NCBI GenBank assembly: GCA_934167485.1
Contig: CAKPKL010000002.1
Location: 16,422-80,421, forward strand
Origin: an uncultured Bacilli bacterium
Lineage (GTDB): Bacteria > Bacillota_I > Bacilli_A > RF39 > UBA660
Length of the DNA stretch: 64,000 nucleotides
Reading direction: 5' to 3'
A program made the position numbers and the translations under genes. Positions 20,480 to 29,221 of the stretch are shown here, in pieces (position 1 is the first letter of the stretch; the number at the start of each line of letters is the position of its first letter). A model generated the notes under the pieces. That model was not told the DNA's origin, did not search any database, and saw only the letters and a program-made list of their open reading frames with translations.

Positions 20480-22792
20480 TTAATTTGTAGTAACTATATA
20501 ATTTTTGTTTTTTATTTCACTTAAAAATCTACTACCACATTTTTGTTCACTATCACAAACTTGAGAAAAATTACTATAGTCATGATTATTATTATATTCT
20601 CTTATATCTTTTATTGAATTATAATTTAAATTTATTATATATTTTGGAGATACTTTATCTCCATTTCCATTTATTCCATTACTATTTGTTCTATTGATTA
20701 TATTATTTTGTATAGTCGTTAAATTATTGTAATTCTCTATTCCTACACTTGTGCAAGTGCCTTCACCATCGCACCAATTACTTCCTATTATTCTACCTTC
20801 ACCTGTTTTTCCTGGAAATGGGTTTCTTGTATCTATTATTCTAAACTCTAGATTAGGTTTATTATCTTTTATCATTTGTTTATCAAATGTGTAACTACAA
20901 TAATCACTTTGATTTACCTTATTAGAAAAATCTGAATTATCTTTTTGTAATAAATCTAAATATGTTCCAGTTACTATTACATCTGGTGTGAAATTTATAT
21001 TAAAGTTATCACTACTATTTATATCATTCTCAAAACGAGTTACTATTCCGCTTACTTTTATACATTCCCCTTCTATACAATATCTATCGCTAGATAATCC
21101 TGAGACTTTTTCTATATAATTTATTTTTGAATATTTAATATTTCTTCTACCAATATATTCTTTATCATTATTTATAGGTTCAATATTTGTTACATCATAA
21201 TCTAATTTCTGATTTAATATACTTACACTATCTATATAATCTGTATAATTAAATCCACCACTATAATCAGCACTTCCATCATATGAATAACATCTTTTTT
21301 GTAAATAACCCGTTCCTAAATTATCCAAATCCTGAAATATTATTCTTCCTGCATTTACAAAAGAATTTTTATTATATGCACTTAGAAAAGCACTATTATA
21401 ATTATATTCATAAACACAGTATGCTTTTTTATTATCAACACTTTCAAGTGTTGAATAGCAAGATAAATTATTGGAATTAAATCCATTATATTTTATATTC
21501 GTATTTGTACAAGTTGAATTATAAACCATTCCACAATCTCTTGTAGCAGAGCAAGGATTAGTTACATTATTAAAATTCAATAATTGATAAGGAGCTCCTT
21601 CTGCTCTATTTAAATATTTGTTGAATAACCCTAATCTTATTTGTGGATCAGTCCTCTGCCATCCAACCAATTCATCAAATTCAGATTCGCAAGTTGATTC
21701 ATTTTTTATATCTTTGGAAGTTGTTTCACCAGGTTTAATTTCAAAAGGAACACAACTATCATCTTTTTGGTATTTTCCAGGTGCAACAATTTCTTTAAAA
21801 GAATAATTTCCTACCTCAAGTTCTATTGTACCTGAACCATTTATTGTAACTTCCTGTTTAAAATTTTCACAACCGTCACCCGTATATATATTAAATTTAG
21901 CATCTTTACCAACAATCATTGTTCCATCTTTTTTTGTTTTATTTATAGTCAAATTACCTTTTCTTATATATTCTTTTATAACAATAATACCCTTACCATA
22001 TTTATTTGTTGAATAAGAATCTATCATATCAGCAACATAAGTTTTGGAACTCCCATCCGTATATTTACCATATGTCTCATTAAGCATAAAAGTAGTTAAA
22101 TAGTTTTTTAATACACTCCAATTTTGGCAGGAACCGGAAAGTCCTCCACCTGCTTTACCTATACAATCCTCGTAATCTTTATAGTAATAGTATCTTGAAT
22201 ATTTTTTACAAGCTTCATTAGTTCCGCATCCTTCACCATCATACAACTTTTTAGATATTTCAGCAATATTCCCTATATGGTGTGGTACTATAGAATAATA
22301 TTTATATTCCAACATAAAAATTGGTTCTATTACAATATAATAATTTTTAGCACTATTAAGATTATAACCTAATTTTCTAAGAATTTCTTCTACTTTATCA
22401 GCATCCAAATAATTTATAAACCCAGCATAATAAAATACATCCTCCACATAGATATTATTGTTTTGTGCTGTTTTAAAACTATTATATATAGTTTCTATAT
22501 TATCATTTTCATTTGCCCTAGCGGCTTTTGCTTTTGCTTTCGTAAACCACAAGTCTTTACGTTTTATCTCACTATTATTTGAACTATTAAGTAAAATAAC
22601 TCTTATTCCATCGTTATAATCACCACTTACACCAACACCATAGGTACCACAGCATATACCTGTTGTACAAGTATTACTTGTTCCACCTGATCCAGTTGTA
22701 ACGTTTGTTTCTATCTTTACATTAGCAGCCATTACACTACCATTTATAAACATTGTTAAAAATAATAAAACTATTAATAATTTTCTTTTCAT
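20480..22792 (-). CDS. Secreted Cys-rich protein (770 aa) with a Cna-B/SpaA-like (prealbumin-fold) domain
   Basis: The ORF track gives 20480..22906. I prefer the ATG at 22792 (RBS AGGTGA; signal peptide MKRKLLIVLLFLTMFINGSVMAANV). The segment GNLTINKTKKDGTMIVGKDAKFNIYTGDGCENFKQEVTINGSGTIELEVGNYSFKEIVAPGKYQKD looks like a Cna-B/SpaA-type domain. I count ~23 Cys by eye, often in pairs (CGTNEAC, CIEGEC, CDGEGTC, CDSEQKC). Confidence 0.8.
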   Translation of the reverse strand: MKRKLLIVLLFLTMFINGSVMAANVKIETNVTTGSGGTSNTCTTGICCGTYGVGVSGDYNDGIRVILLNSSNNSEIKRKDLWFTKAKAKAARANENDNIETIYNSFKTAQNNNIYVEDVFYYAGFINYLDADKVEEILRKLGYNLNSAKNYYIVIEPIFMLEYKYYSIVPHHIGNIAEISKKLYDGEGCGTNEACKKYSRYYYYKDYEDCIGKAGGGLSGSCQNWSVLKNYLTTFMLNETYGKYTDGSSKTYVADMIDSYSTNKYGKGIIVIKEYIRKGNLTINKTKKDGTMIVGKDAKFNIYTGDGCENFKQEVTINGSGTIELEVGNYSFKEIVAPGKYQKDDSCVPFEIKPGETTSKDIKNESTCESEFDELVGWQRTDPQIRLGLFNKYLNRAEGAPYQLLNFNNVTNPCSATRDCGMVYNSTCTNTNIKYNGFNSNNLSCYSTLESVDNKKAYCVYEYNYNSAFLSAYNKNSFVNAGRIIFQDLDNLGTGYLQKRCYSYDGSADYSGGFNYTDYIDSVSILNQKLDYDVTNIEPINNDKEYIGRRNIKYSKINYIEKVSGLSSDRYCIEGECIKVSGIVTRFENDINSSDNFNINFTPDVIVTGTYLDLLQKDNSDFSNKVNQSDYCSYTFDKQMIKDNKPNLEFRIIDTRNPFPGKTGEGRIIGSNWCDGEGTCTSVGIENYNNLTTIQNNIINRTNSNGINGNGDKVSPKYIINLNYNSIKDIREYNNNHDYSNFSQVCDSEQKCGSRFLSEIKNKNYIVTTN

Positions 22793-22816
22793 TTTGTCAC
22801 CTATCTTGCTATAAAA

Positions 22817-22845
22817 ATTATAACAAATAATAATATAAAATACAA
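22817..22845 (-). promoter_or_regulatory. Promoter TTGTAT-17-TATAAT (with TGn extension) for the Cys-rich protein gene
   Basis: Minus strand reads TTGTAT (22845..22840), a 17-nt spacer ending in TGT, then TATAAT (22822..22817). It lies ~25 nt upstream of the ATG at 22792. Confidence 0.55.
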
Positions 22846-22846
22846 T

Positions 22847-22869
22847 AAAAAGTTTATCATTTGATAAAC
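22847..22869 (-). terminator. Terminator hairpin after the 90-aa gene
   Basis: Palindrome GTTTATCATTTGATAAAC (22852..22869), followed on the minus strand by CTTTTTATT. Confidence 0.5.
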
Positions 22870-22924
22870 CTTTAAACTTTGGTAAATATTCTATATTTTT
22901 CTGCAATTAAATCTAAATTACCTA

Positions 22925-23197
22925 TTATTCGTTATTTATTTTATCTAAATAAATAGCTAACAATTCTTTAAAATTCATAAAATCTTCATAGTACCCATTA
23001 AGATATTCATCTTCAGTTAAATTACCTTCATATAAATTTAGAAATTCATCTAAATTAATTTCTTCTATATTCATAGTCATACTTTTAATATATTGATAGA
23101 TTAATATATATACTTCAGATAATTCTCTTCCTAATTCTCTTCTTTTAGAAGTAATGTCTAAAGATGCGAAAGATTTAAATAATTCATCTCTATTCAT
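22925..23197 (-). CDS. Hypothetical acidic protein (90 aa)
   Basis: The ORF abuts the upstream gene with no gap (stop at 23198, start at 23197). No motif recognised. Confidence 0.55.
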   Translation of the reverse strand: MNRDELFKSFASLDITSKRRELGRELSEVYILIYQYIKSMTMNIEEINLDEFLNLYEGNLTEDEYLNGYYEDFMNFKELLAIYLDKINNE

Positions 23198-23845
23198 CTA
23201 TATACTTCTCCCTTTGAACATTTCTTCACTTTCAATTTGTTCTTGTAAATAACTTGGATCACTCAATGCATGTTGGAAATCTTGTCTATTGCGTTCATTT
23301 ATCATTTTTCTTATTTCTGATTCAGTATATTTATCTCTTTCTCTATAATTTTTTTCTTTTTGTTCATTTCGGTTAACTTGGTAAGTTGTATTACCCGAAC
23401 TTAAAGAAATTAAAAAATTTAATTCTTCTGATGATAATTTTGAAATTTTCTTAAAATTAGGTTTCTTATTAGTCAATCTTTGAAACATACTCAAACTTTT
23501 ATATCGTTTTTTTACCTCTTTAAATGCTATCTTACGCCTTTCTTCTTCTCTTTTTTCTTCTTGTTGTCTTAAAGTTTCTTCTTTTTTCCTTTCTTCTAAT
23601 TCAGTTCTATGATATTCTCTATATTGTTCTTTATTTTGTTTCATTTGATCTAATTGTCTTTGTTCTGCCATGATTTGTTGTCTTAAAGCAACTATTTTTT
23701 TTTCATTATCATTTGTCATTGTATGATATTTTATTTCTCCACCATCATTATAAGCCACAGTAGTTTTCTCACCTTGCTGTGATACTAACTCACTTAATTT
23801 TTGTCTATCTTTTGATATTTGTATTTCTAATTCTTCTATTCCCAT
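23198..23845 (-). CDS. Hypothetical highly charged coiled-coil protein (215 aa)
   Basis: RBS GGGAGG. Lys/Glu/Arg/Gln-rich stretches (ELEERKKEETLRQQEEKREEERRK). Possible own promoter TGTTATAAT / TATAAT just upstream. No catalytic motif recognised. Confidence 0.6.
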   Translation of the reverse strand: MGIEELEIQISKDRQKLSELVSQQGEKTTVAYNDGGEIKYHTMTNDNEKKIVALRQQIMAEQRQLDQMKQNKEQYREYHRTELEERKKEETLRQQEEKREEERRKIAFKEVKKRYKSLSMFQRLTNKKPNFKKISKLSSEELNFLISLSSGNTTYQVNRNEQKEKNYRERDKYTESEIRKMINERNRQDFQHALSDPSYLQEQIESEEMFKGRSI

Positions 23846-23894
23846 AATACCTCCCTATATTATACATTTTTATTATAACACAAAAGAAAAGCAC

Positions 23895-25046
23895 TTAAAA
23901 TACTTTTCTCATTTTTCTTTTTTTACTTGACACAATATTATTTAATACTATAAAAAGTATTGAAAAGGCTATAATAACTATCATATTTATAAATATTGGT
24001 CTTAATGAACTCGTGTTTATAATATCTATACTGGATAATAATTCATTTGAATTGATATACCAATATGATGGAAATATATGTGCGAACTTTAATACATTTT
24101 CAGGTAAATATTGTACTGGTACAAAAGCTCCACAAATAAATGCCGAACCAAGTGCGACTACATTAACAATTCCATTTACTGCATTTTTATTATTTATTAG
24201 ATTTGATATTAAAAGTGCGAGTGTTAAAGATGAAAATGTAAATAAGAATAAATTTAAAACATAAATAAGTCCTCGTATATTAAACATATTAGTTTTAAGT
24301 AATACGCTACCTAATATACAATATAATATCCATATTATTAAACTATAAATAAAACTTGAAATTAATATAAGTTTATTATGTTTTCTATAATTCATACTAC
24401 TTATAATTATTCTTTTATTAACACTATTTTCTTTAAAACTAGTAAGTACTAAACATACAATGTATATAACAACAGCCATTATACTGTAACTTGCAAAATT
24501 AAAATATTTTGTTAAATTAGACGATTCTGTTGTATCTACCTTAGATAATATTTCTATATTTGTTTTTTGTGATAAATTATTATTTATTAGATTTATTAAT
24601 TCATCTTCTGTATCTACATAATCTTTATATATACTTTGTACTTTTAAATATCTACTTAGTAACATTTGTGCTAAACTAGCATTATAATCTCCAGAAGATT
24701 TTATATCAAGTTCTACATCTTTTCCATCTAAAATAGCTTTTCTATAACCTTTTGGTATATATATTACATAACTAATATCACGATAGAATATAGCATCATC
24801 TATACTTTCTTTTTTTATTTTTACAATATTTGAATTAGAACTCATATAATCTATTAAATTTTTAGTAATACCTATATTAGTATCTTCATTTACTATAAAA
24901 ATATCTGGTTTACTATTTGTAAATTCATGCGTATTTTTATTAGTAGATATGTTAATTGTTCCAAATATAATAAGCATAACAGTATAAAGAATTATTGTAC
25001 CTTTATATTTTTTTACTACTTTCCAAAATGTATTAAATACTGTCAT
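23895..25046 (-). CDS. ABC-2 type transporter permease
   Basis: One N-terminal TM, a large extracytoplasmic loop, then a cluster of ~5 C-terminal TMs. Overlaps the upstream permease gene. Third gene of an ATPase-permease-permease set. Confidence 0.75.
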   Translation of the reverse strand: MTVFNTFWKVVKKYKGTIILYTVMLIIFGTINISTNKNTHEFTNSKPDIFIVNEDTNIGITKNLIDYMSSNSNIVKIKKESIDDAIFYRDISYVIYIPKGYRKAILDGKDVELDIKSSGDYNASLAQMLLSRYLKVQSIYKDYVDTEDELINLINNNLSQKTNIEILSKVDTTESSNLTKYFNFASYSIMAVVIYIVCLVLTSFKENSVNKRIIISSMNYRKHNKLILISSFIYSLIIWILYCILGSVLLKTNMFNIRGLIYVLNLFLFTFSSLTLALLISNLINNKNAVNGIVNVVALGSAFICGAFVPVQYLPENVLKFAHIFPSYWYINSNELLSSIDIINTSSLRPIFINMIVIIAFSILFIVLNNIVSSKKRKMRKVF

Positions 25047-26187
25047 ACTGCCTCCTTATTAAGTCATTTAAAGATATAAGAATCATAATAATAGAAAATA
25101 TAATTAAACTTATTATATTAAAATAAAATCTATTTAAATCAGTATAATAATATAATGAATAAAATCCATCTGTAATCATATTAGCAGGATTAATTATATT
25201 TAATAATGGTATATTTTTATCTATAACATATTTCATAGTAATACCTGTCATTCCTGCTAAAAAGCACCAAAGCATTGTTATTGAAATTAATACACCTGTT
25301 TTAGCTGCTTCACTTGTTTTTAATTTTGTAGCAATTGCAATACCTAAACTAAGACCTGCAAATACACCTAAAATTGATAATAAAAGAACTAAACATAAAT
25401 TACCATAATCTACCTTTATTACAAATATAGTATATAAGAATAGCAATAATAGACCTATTAATTGAACTATAAAACTTGCAAGTAAACTACCCAATAACAT
25501 ACTTAATTTCTTAATAGGTGATATGCTTACTCTCTTTCCTACACTACTTGTATTAGCAAGTTTACCATTAATTATAAACATGGAAATTAATCCCCCATAA
25601 AGAGCTGCCATCGCGATTAAATTATAATACTCTATCATAGTATAACTAATATTAGCATTCGTTTTATTATTTAATTTAACCTTAATATTATTAATTTCAT
25701 TATTTATATTTTTTATTAATATACTATAATCACTTGAATCCATATTTTTACTAATTAAAGTATTATATATTTCAGTATTACTTTTAATTTCATCTACGAC
25801 ACTTCTTATTATAGTTTCATTTATACCACTTTGGGATACAGTTATATTAATTGCATCATTATCAAATGTTAAATAACCTTCTATTCTTTTTTCTTCCAAT
25901 AATTTTTTAGCACTTTCCTCATTTGTATACTCAATATTAAATAATCTATCTTCATTATCTTTATTAGATAATGAATTAAAAACATCTTTATACATTATAT
26001 TATTATCAAAATCATGACTATTTACTATAGCTATATCTATTACGCTTAAAGCCTCTTTTTTCTCTATATTAGAAAATGCCATATTATATAGAGTCGCTAA
26101 TACTATTGGAAAGGCAAATGTCCAAAATATAAGTGCTTTATTTCTTAATAAAATTTTTAAAGAATATTTAAAATTTAAAAAGAACAT
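25033..26187 (-). CDS. ABC-2 type transporter permease
   Basis: Same topology as its neighbour. 1-nt start/stop overlap with the ATPase gene. Confidence 0.75.
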   Translation of the reverse strand: MFFLNFKYSLKILLRNKALIFWTFAFPIVLATLYNMAFSNIEKKEALSVIDIAIVNSHDFDNNIMYKDVFNSLSNKDNEDRLFNIEYTNEESAKKLLEEKRIEGYLTFDNDAINITVSQSGINETIIRSVVDEIKSNTEIYNTLISKNMDSSDYSILIKNINNEINNIKVKLNNKTNANISYTMIEYYNLIAMAALYGGLISMFIINGKLANTSSVGKRVSISPIKKLSMLLGSLLASFIVQLIGLLLLFLYTIFVIKVDYGNLCLVLLLSILGVFAGLSLGIAIATKLKTSEAAKTGVLISITMLWCFLAGMTGITMKYVIDKNIPLLNIINPANMITDGFYSLYYYTDLNRFYFNIISLIIFSIIMILISLNDLIRRQYDSI

Positions 26188-27125
26188 TAATCTCTTAAAT
26201 CCTTTCCAGTAAGTTCTAGAAATACATCATTTAAAGTTGGTCTTTCTGAAAATATTCTGTTATACTTAATTTTGTTTAATTTTAAATAATCTATAAGCTC
26301 ACCCAAATTATCTTTGCCTTTTTTATATATAATTATTAATGTATTTTTATTTAAATTTACACTATCAACAGTTTTAAATTTTTTTATTTCTTCTATTATA
26401 CTATTTTTTATATTATCTACCTCTAATGTTATTTTTTCTTCTATATTAGCAAGACTTTTTAACTTATCACTAGTTCCTTCAGCAATTATTTTACCTTTAT
26501 CAAGTATAATAATTCTATCACAAAGTATTTCCACTTCTTCCATATAATGAGTTGTATAAAGAATAGTAGTACCATTATCTCTTAATTTTTTTATTCCATC
26601 CAATATATTGTTTCTACTTTGAGGATCTACTGCTACTGTAGGTTCATCTAAAAATAATAGTTTTGGTTTATGAGCAATGCCACATGCTATATTTAATCTC
26701 CTTTTTAAACCACCTGATAATTGTTTAGGATAGAAATTTTTAAATTCAGAAAGTCCTACAAAATTAATCGCATCTATAACACACTCTTTTCTTAATTTTT
26801 TATCATTTATATATAATCCACAAAAATAATCAACATTATCATAAACTGTTAATTCTTCAAAAACAGCTATTTCTTGAAATACAACACCTATTTTTTCCTT
26901 TATATCATAAGAATTTGGATTCATTTCTTGACCAAATATTTTAATATTACCTTTATCATATTTAATAAGAGAAAGCAGACAATTTATAGTTGTTGACTTA
27001 CCACTACCATTTGGACCTAAAAGTCCTATAATTTCTCCTTTACCTACATTAAATGATATATCATCTACAGCAGTTAATTTTTTATATCTCTTTGTTAAAT
27101 TTTTAACCTCTATTACATTTTCCAT
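26187..27125 (-). CDS. ABC transporter ATP-binding protein
   Basis: Walker A GPNGSGKST, signature LSGGLKRRL, Walker B LLFLDEPT. Confidence 0.9.
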   Translation of the reverse strand: MENVIEVKNLTKRYKKLTAVDDISFNVGKGEIIGLLGPNGSGKSTTINCLLSLIKYDKGNIKIFGQEMNPNSYDIKEKIGVVFQEIAVFEELTVYDNVDYFCGLYINDKKLRKECVIDAINFVGLSEFKNFYPKQLSGGLKRRLNIACGIAHKPKLLFLDEPTVAVDPQSRNNILDGIKKLRDNGTTILYTTHYMEEVEILCDRIIILDKGKIIAEGTSDKLKSLANIEEKITLEVDNIKNSIIEEIKKFKTVDSVNLNKNTLIIIYKKGKDNLGELIDYLKLNKIKYNRIFSERPTLNDVFLELTGKDLRD

Positions 27126-27495
27126 AATTTCTCCTTATATAACTTTTAACAATATCAATTCTATCCTTATCTTTTTGTCTATTACTTTCTTCTAAAAACT
27201 TTAAATAGTCTAACATATCTTGAAGATAATATTCTCCAATTTTTTCTTTTTTACCATCCATATTATCTTGTATACACTCTATTTTATCAGTTACAATATA
27301 CCAACCATTATCTTTCTTTATTAAATTATAATTATTATTTAATTCTTCTAAACCTTTATCTGTAACAGCAATATCTAAATCATTAGCTCTATCCATTATT
27401 CCTCTTATTACTAAATTAGATGATGAAAGTATTACAAATTCTTCTTTTGATAATTTTATACTTTCTATTAATTTAATTAACTCTTTTCTATCCAT
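27103..27495 (-). CDS. Hypothetical protein (130 aa); weak resemblance to a minimal nucleotidyltransferase fold
   Basis: RBS AGGAG. The motif SSSNLVIRG...ANDLDIAV is reminiscent of G-S...DxD nucleotidyltransferases. The assignment is tentative. Confidence 0.5.
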   Translation of the reverse strand: MDRKELIKLIESIKLSKEEFVILSSSNLVIRGIMDRANDLDIAVTDKGLEELNNNYNLIKKDNGWYIVTDKIECIQDNMDGKKEKIGEYYLQDMLDYLKFLEESNRQKDKDRIDIVKSYIRRNYGKCNRG

Positions 27496-27503
27496 ATTTA
27501 CTC

Positions 27504-27698
27504 CTAATCTTTTTTGTTTAGACTTGCTACTGAAATAATAATTCCAAGTAGATTTATACCTATAGATATTCCAAGCATTAAACCAGAGAAAAAATCACCC
27601 ACATTACCAGTCATATTAGGACTTAGAAATTTATATAAAAAATATAAAAATTCTCCTAAAATAATCAAATATAAACCTAATTTTGAATTTTTTATCAT
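27504..27698 (-). CDS. Small two-TM membrane protein (64 aa), first gene of the ABC-2 operon
   Basis: RBS GGAGGA. Hydrophobic segments LGLYLIILGEFLYFLY and FFSGLMLGISIGINLLGIIISV. Lies directly downstream of the shared 33-bp promoter box. Confidence 0.6.
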   Translation of the reverse strand: MIKNSKLGLYLIILGEFLYFLYKFLSPNMTGNVGDFFSGLMLGISIGINLLGIIISVASLNKKD

Positions 27699-27717
27699 AC
27701 AATTCCTCCATTCTCTT

Positions 27718-27752
27718 AATTATATTGTATCACATAGTACATTATTTGTATA
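27718..27752 (-). promoter_or_regulatory. Promoter (TATACA-17-TGaTACAAT) containing a 33-bp box identical to the one upstream of the TetR gene
   Basis: 27718..27750 (aattatattgtatcacatagtacattatttgta) is identical to 37904..37936. On the minus strand it holds the extended -10 TGATACAAT (27729..27724 is TACAAT), the full 17-nt spacer AATAATGTACTATGTGA, and part of the -35. Confidence 0.6.
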
Positions 27753-27769
27753 TAATTTTTACAAAGTTT

Positions 27770-27792
27770 AAAAAAAGATAGATAACTCTATC
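27770..27792 (-). terminator. Rho-independent terminator after prepilin-like gene 1
   Basis: Stem GATAGA / TCTATC (27777..27782 and 27787..27792) with a 4-nt loop, followed by a minus-strand T-run (plus-strand A-run 27770..27776). Confidence 0.65.
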
Positions 27793-27795
27793 ATT

Positions 27796-28995
27796 TTATG
27801 AAAGATTAGATTTTAAAACCTCTATTACTGGACGTACACCATAACTGCTCGAAGAAGTAATATTGACATAATAAACGTTGCCATAGTAGTTCACGTTCCA
27901 AGCATTGTTTGCGTTGTCAGCACGGGAAGTACTTGTCCAATATCCTGGAATTGATACATCTGAATTATTTGAACATCCATACGTTGTACAAATTGGAGCT
28001 GTTCTATCATACAGCCATCCATATTTACATCCTGTTATATTTCCTTCCTTACATGTTGGACTTGCTGTACTTGTATTTGTATCAAAATAGAAAGTGTCTA
28101 TATCAGTCTTTTCATCAAATGATGTGTTTTCGACTATTGTAGCTACTTCATTAGGCGTTATTAATCTTGCTTTATATCCCTCATCCTTATACTTTATTGC
28201 ATAATTAGCATTACTTGTTTGCCCTACTTGATCCATTATGTAATTTTCTGGTGTTTCTGTTCCTTGCCATAAAGCTGTATCGTTTTTCAATTGTGTCAAT
28301 GATGTTATTGGACCAAATTCAGTTGTTGCACAAAGTCCACCATATTGACAAGAAACTACCGCTGATAAATCTTCTCCTCCAGCAGATATATAATCATCTT
28401 TTGATATCCAAGCTACTTTTGCTGTAGTATTATGATCCAATATTAAATTTACCTTATCACTTCCAAAATCATTAAATGCATAAAATTTTAAACATCCATT
28501 TTGTTTTCCTGTTCCACCTATTCCATTATATCCCGTATTACTATTCTCTTTAGTATAATTATCACAAGCCTTACCTGTGGCTACATCAAAATATACTATT
28601 TTTCCATTATAATATATTACATCTCCATATGTATATTCAACAGTTTTGTCATTTACGCTACAGTTTTCTAAATAAATATTTCCTTTATTTGATATTACTA
28701 CATCACATACCGTTTTAGCTCCATCATAATCTACTTTTATTGTTGTTTCTCCATTTGTTAATGTTTTACCATCAGTAGTCGTATACTTTCCACTTGGTAC
28801 AATACTTCCATTTAATTGTGCTTTTGCTACTGAGTTTTCTACTGCATCTGCATATAATTCTATACTTCTTTTTATACTAGAATTTTTACTATCCTCTATT
28901 ATATCTAGTACTATTGGTGTTGCGATTAATGCGATTATAGCTAGTATTACTATGACTGCTAATAACTCTATTAAAGTAAAACCTTTTCTTTTCAT
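27796..28995 (-). CDS. Prepilin-type N-terminal cleavage/methylation-domain protein with a large variable C-terminal domain (399 aa)
   Basis: MKRKGFTLIELLAVIVILAIIALIATPIV carries the class III signal (G/FTLIE). The C-terminus YWTSTSRADNANNAWNVNYYGNVYYVNITSSSSYGVRPVIEV fits the WW(L)RS...GVRP(A/V) motif family. RBS AGGAGGA. Confidence 0.85.
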   Translation of the reverse strand: MKRKGFTLIELLAVIVILAIIALIATPIVLDIIEDSKNSSIKRSIELYADAVENSVAKAQLNGSIVPSGKYTTTDGKTLTNGETTIKVDYDGAKTVCDVVISNKGNIYLENCSVNDKTVEYTYGDVIYYNGKIVYFDVATGKACDNYTKENSNTGYNGIGGTGKQNGCLKFYAFNDFGSDKVNLILDHNTTAKVAWISKDDYISAGGEDLSAVVSCQYGGLCATTEFGPITSLTQLKNDTALWQGTETPENYIMDQVGQTSNANYAIKYKDEGYKARLITPNEVATIVENTSFDEKTDIDTFYFDTNTSTASPTCKEGNITGCKYGWLYDRTAPICTTYGCSNNSDVSIPGYWTSTSRADNANNAWNVNYYGNVYYVNITSSSSYGVRPVIEVLKSNLS

Positions 28996-29186
28996 ATTAT
29001 TCCTCCTTCTTTATTTTGTTTCACTCTTGTAAAGATATACAAAAAAAACACAAAGAAACCTAAAGTTTTATCCTCTAGATCTTTGTATTATGTATCCTAA
29101 TGGTATTATAGTATAACTAGATATCCCCGCGCTATTTTTATTAATTTTTCTTAATGATATCTCCATATACTACCACTACCCTTACT
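28996..29186 (-). promoter_or_regulatory. Long structured 5' leader of prepilin-like gene 1 (candidate attenuator or riboswitch-like element, class unknown)
   Basis: ~190 nt lie between the promoter and the ATG. There is a long-range helix GTAGTATA-TGG-AGATATC ... GATATCT-AGT-TATACTA enclosing a 31-nt loop with the only GC-rich patch (AGCGCGGGG). An intrinsic terminator follows, ~45 nt before the RBS. Confidence 0.45.
29041..29085 (-). terminator. Intrinsic terminator inside the leader (attenuator)
   Basis: Minus strand reads CAAAGA-TCTAGAGG-ATAAAA-CTTTAGG-TT-TCTTTG followed by TGTTTTTTTTG. That is two 6-bp stem segments (one G-U pair) and an 8-U tract (plus-strand A-run 29041..29048). I see no promoter between it and the ATG. 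Confidence 0.55.
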
Positions 29187-29192
29187 ATCTAA

Positions 29193-29221
29193 ATTATATA
29201 TTATCTTGTCTTATTAGTCAA
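29193..29221 (-). promoter_or_regulatory. Consensus-like promoter TTGACT-17-TATAAT
   Basis: Minus strand reads TTGACT (29221..29216), the 17-nt spacer AATAAGACAAGATAATA, then TATAAT (29198..29193). Confidence 0.6.
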
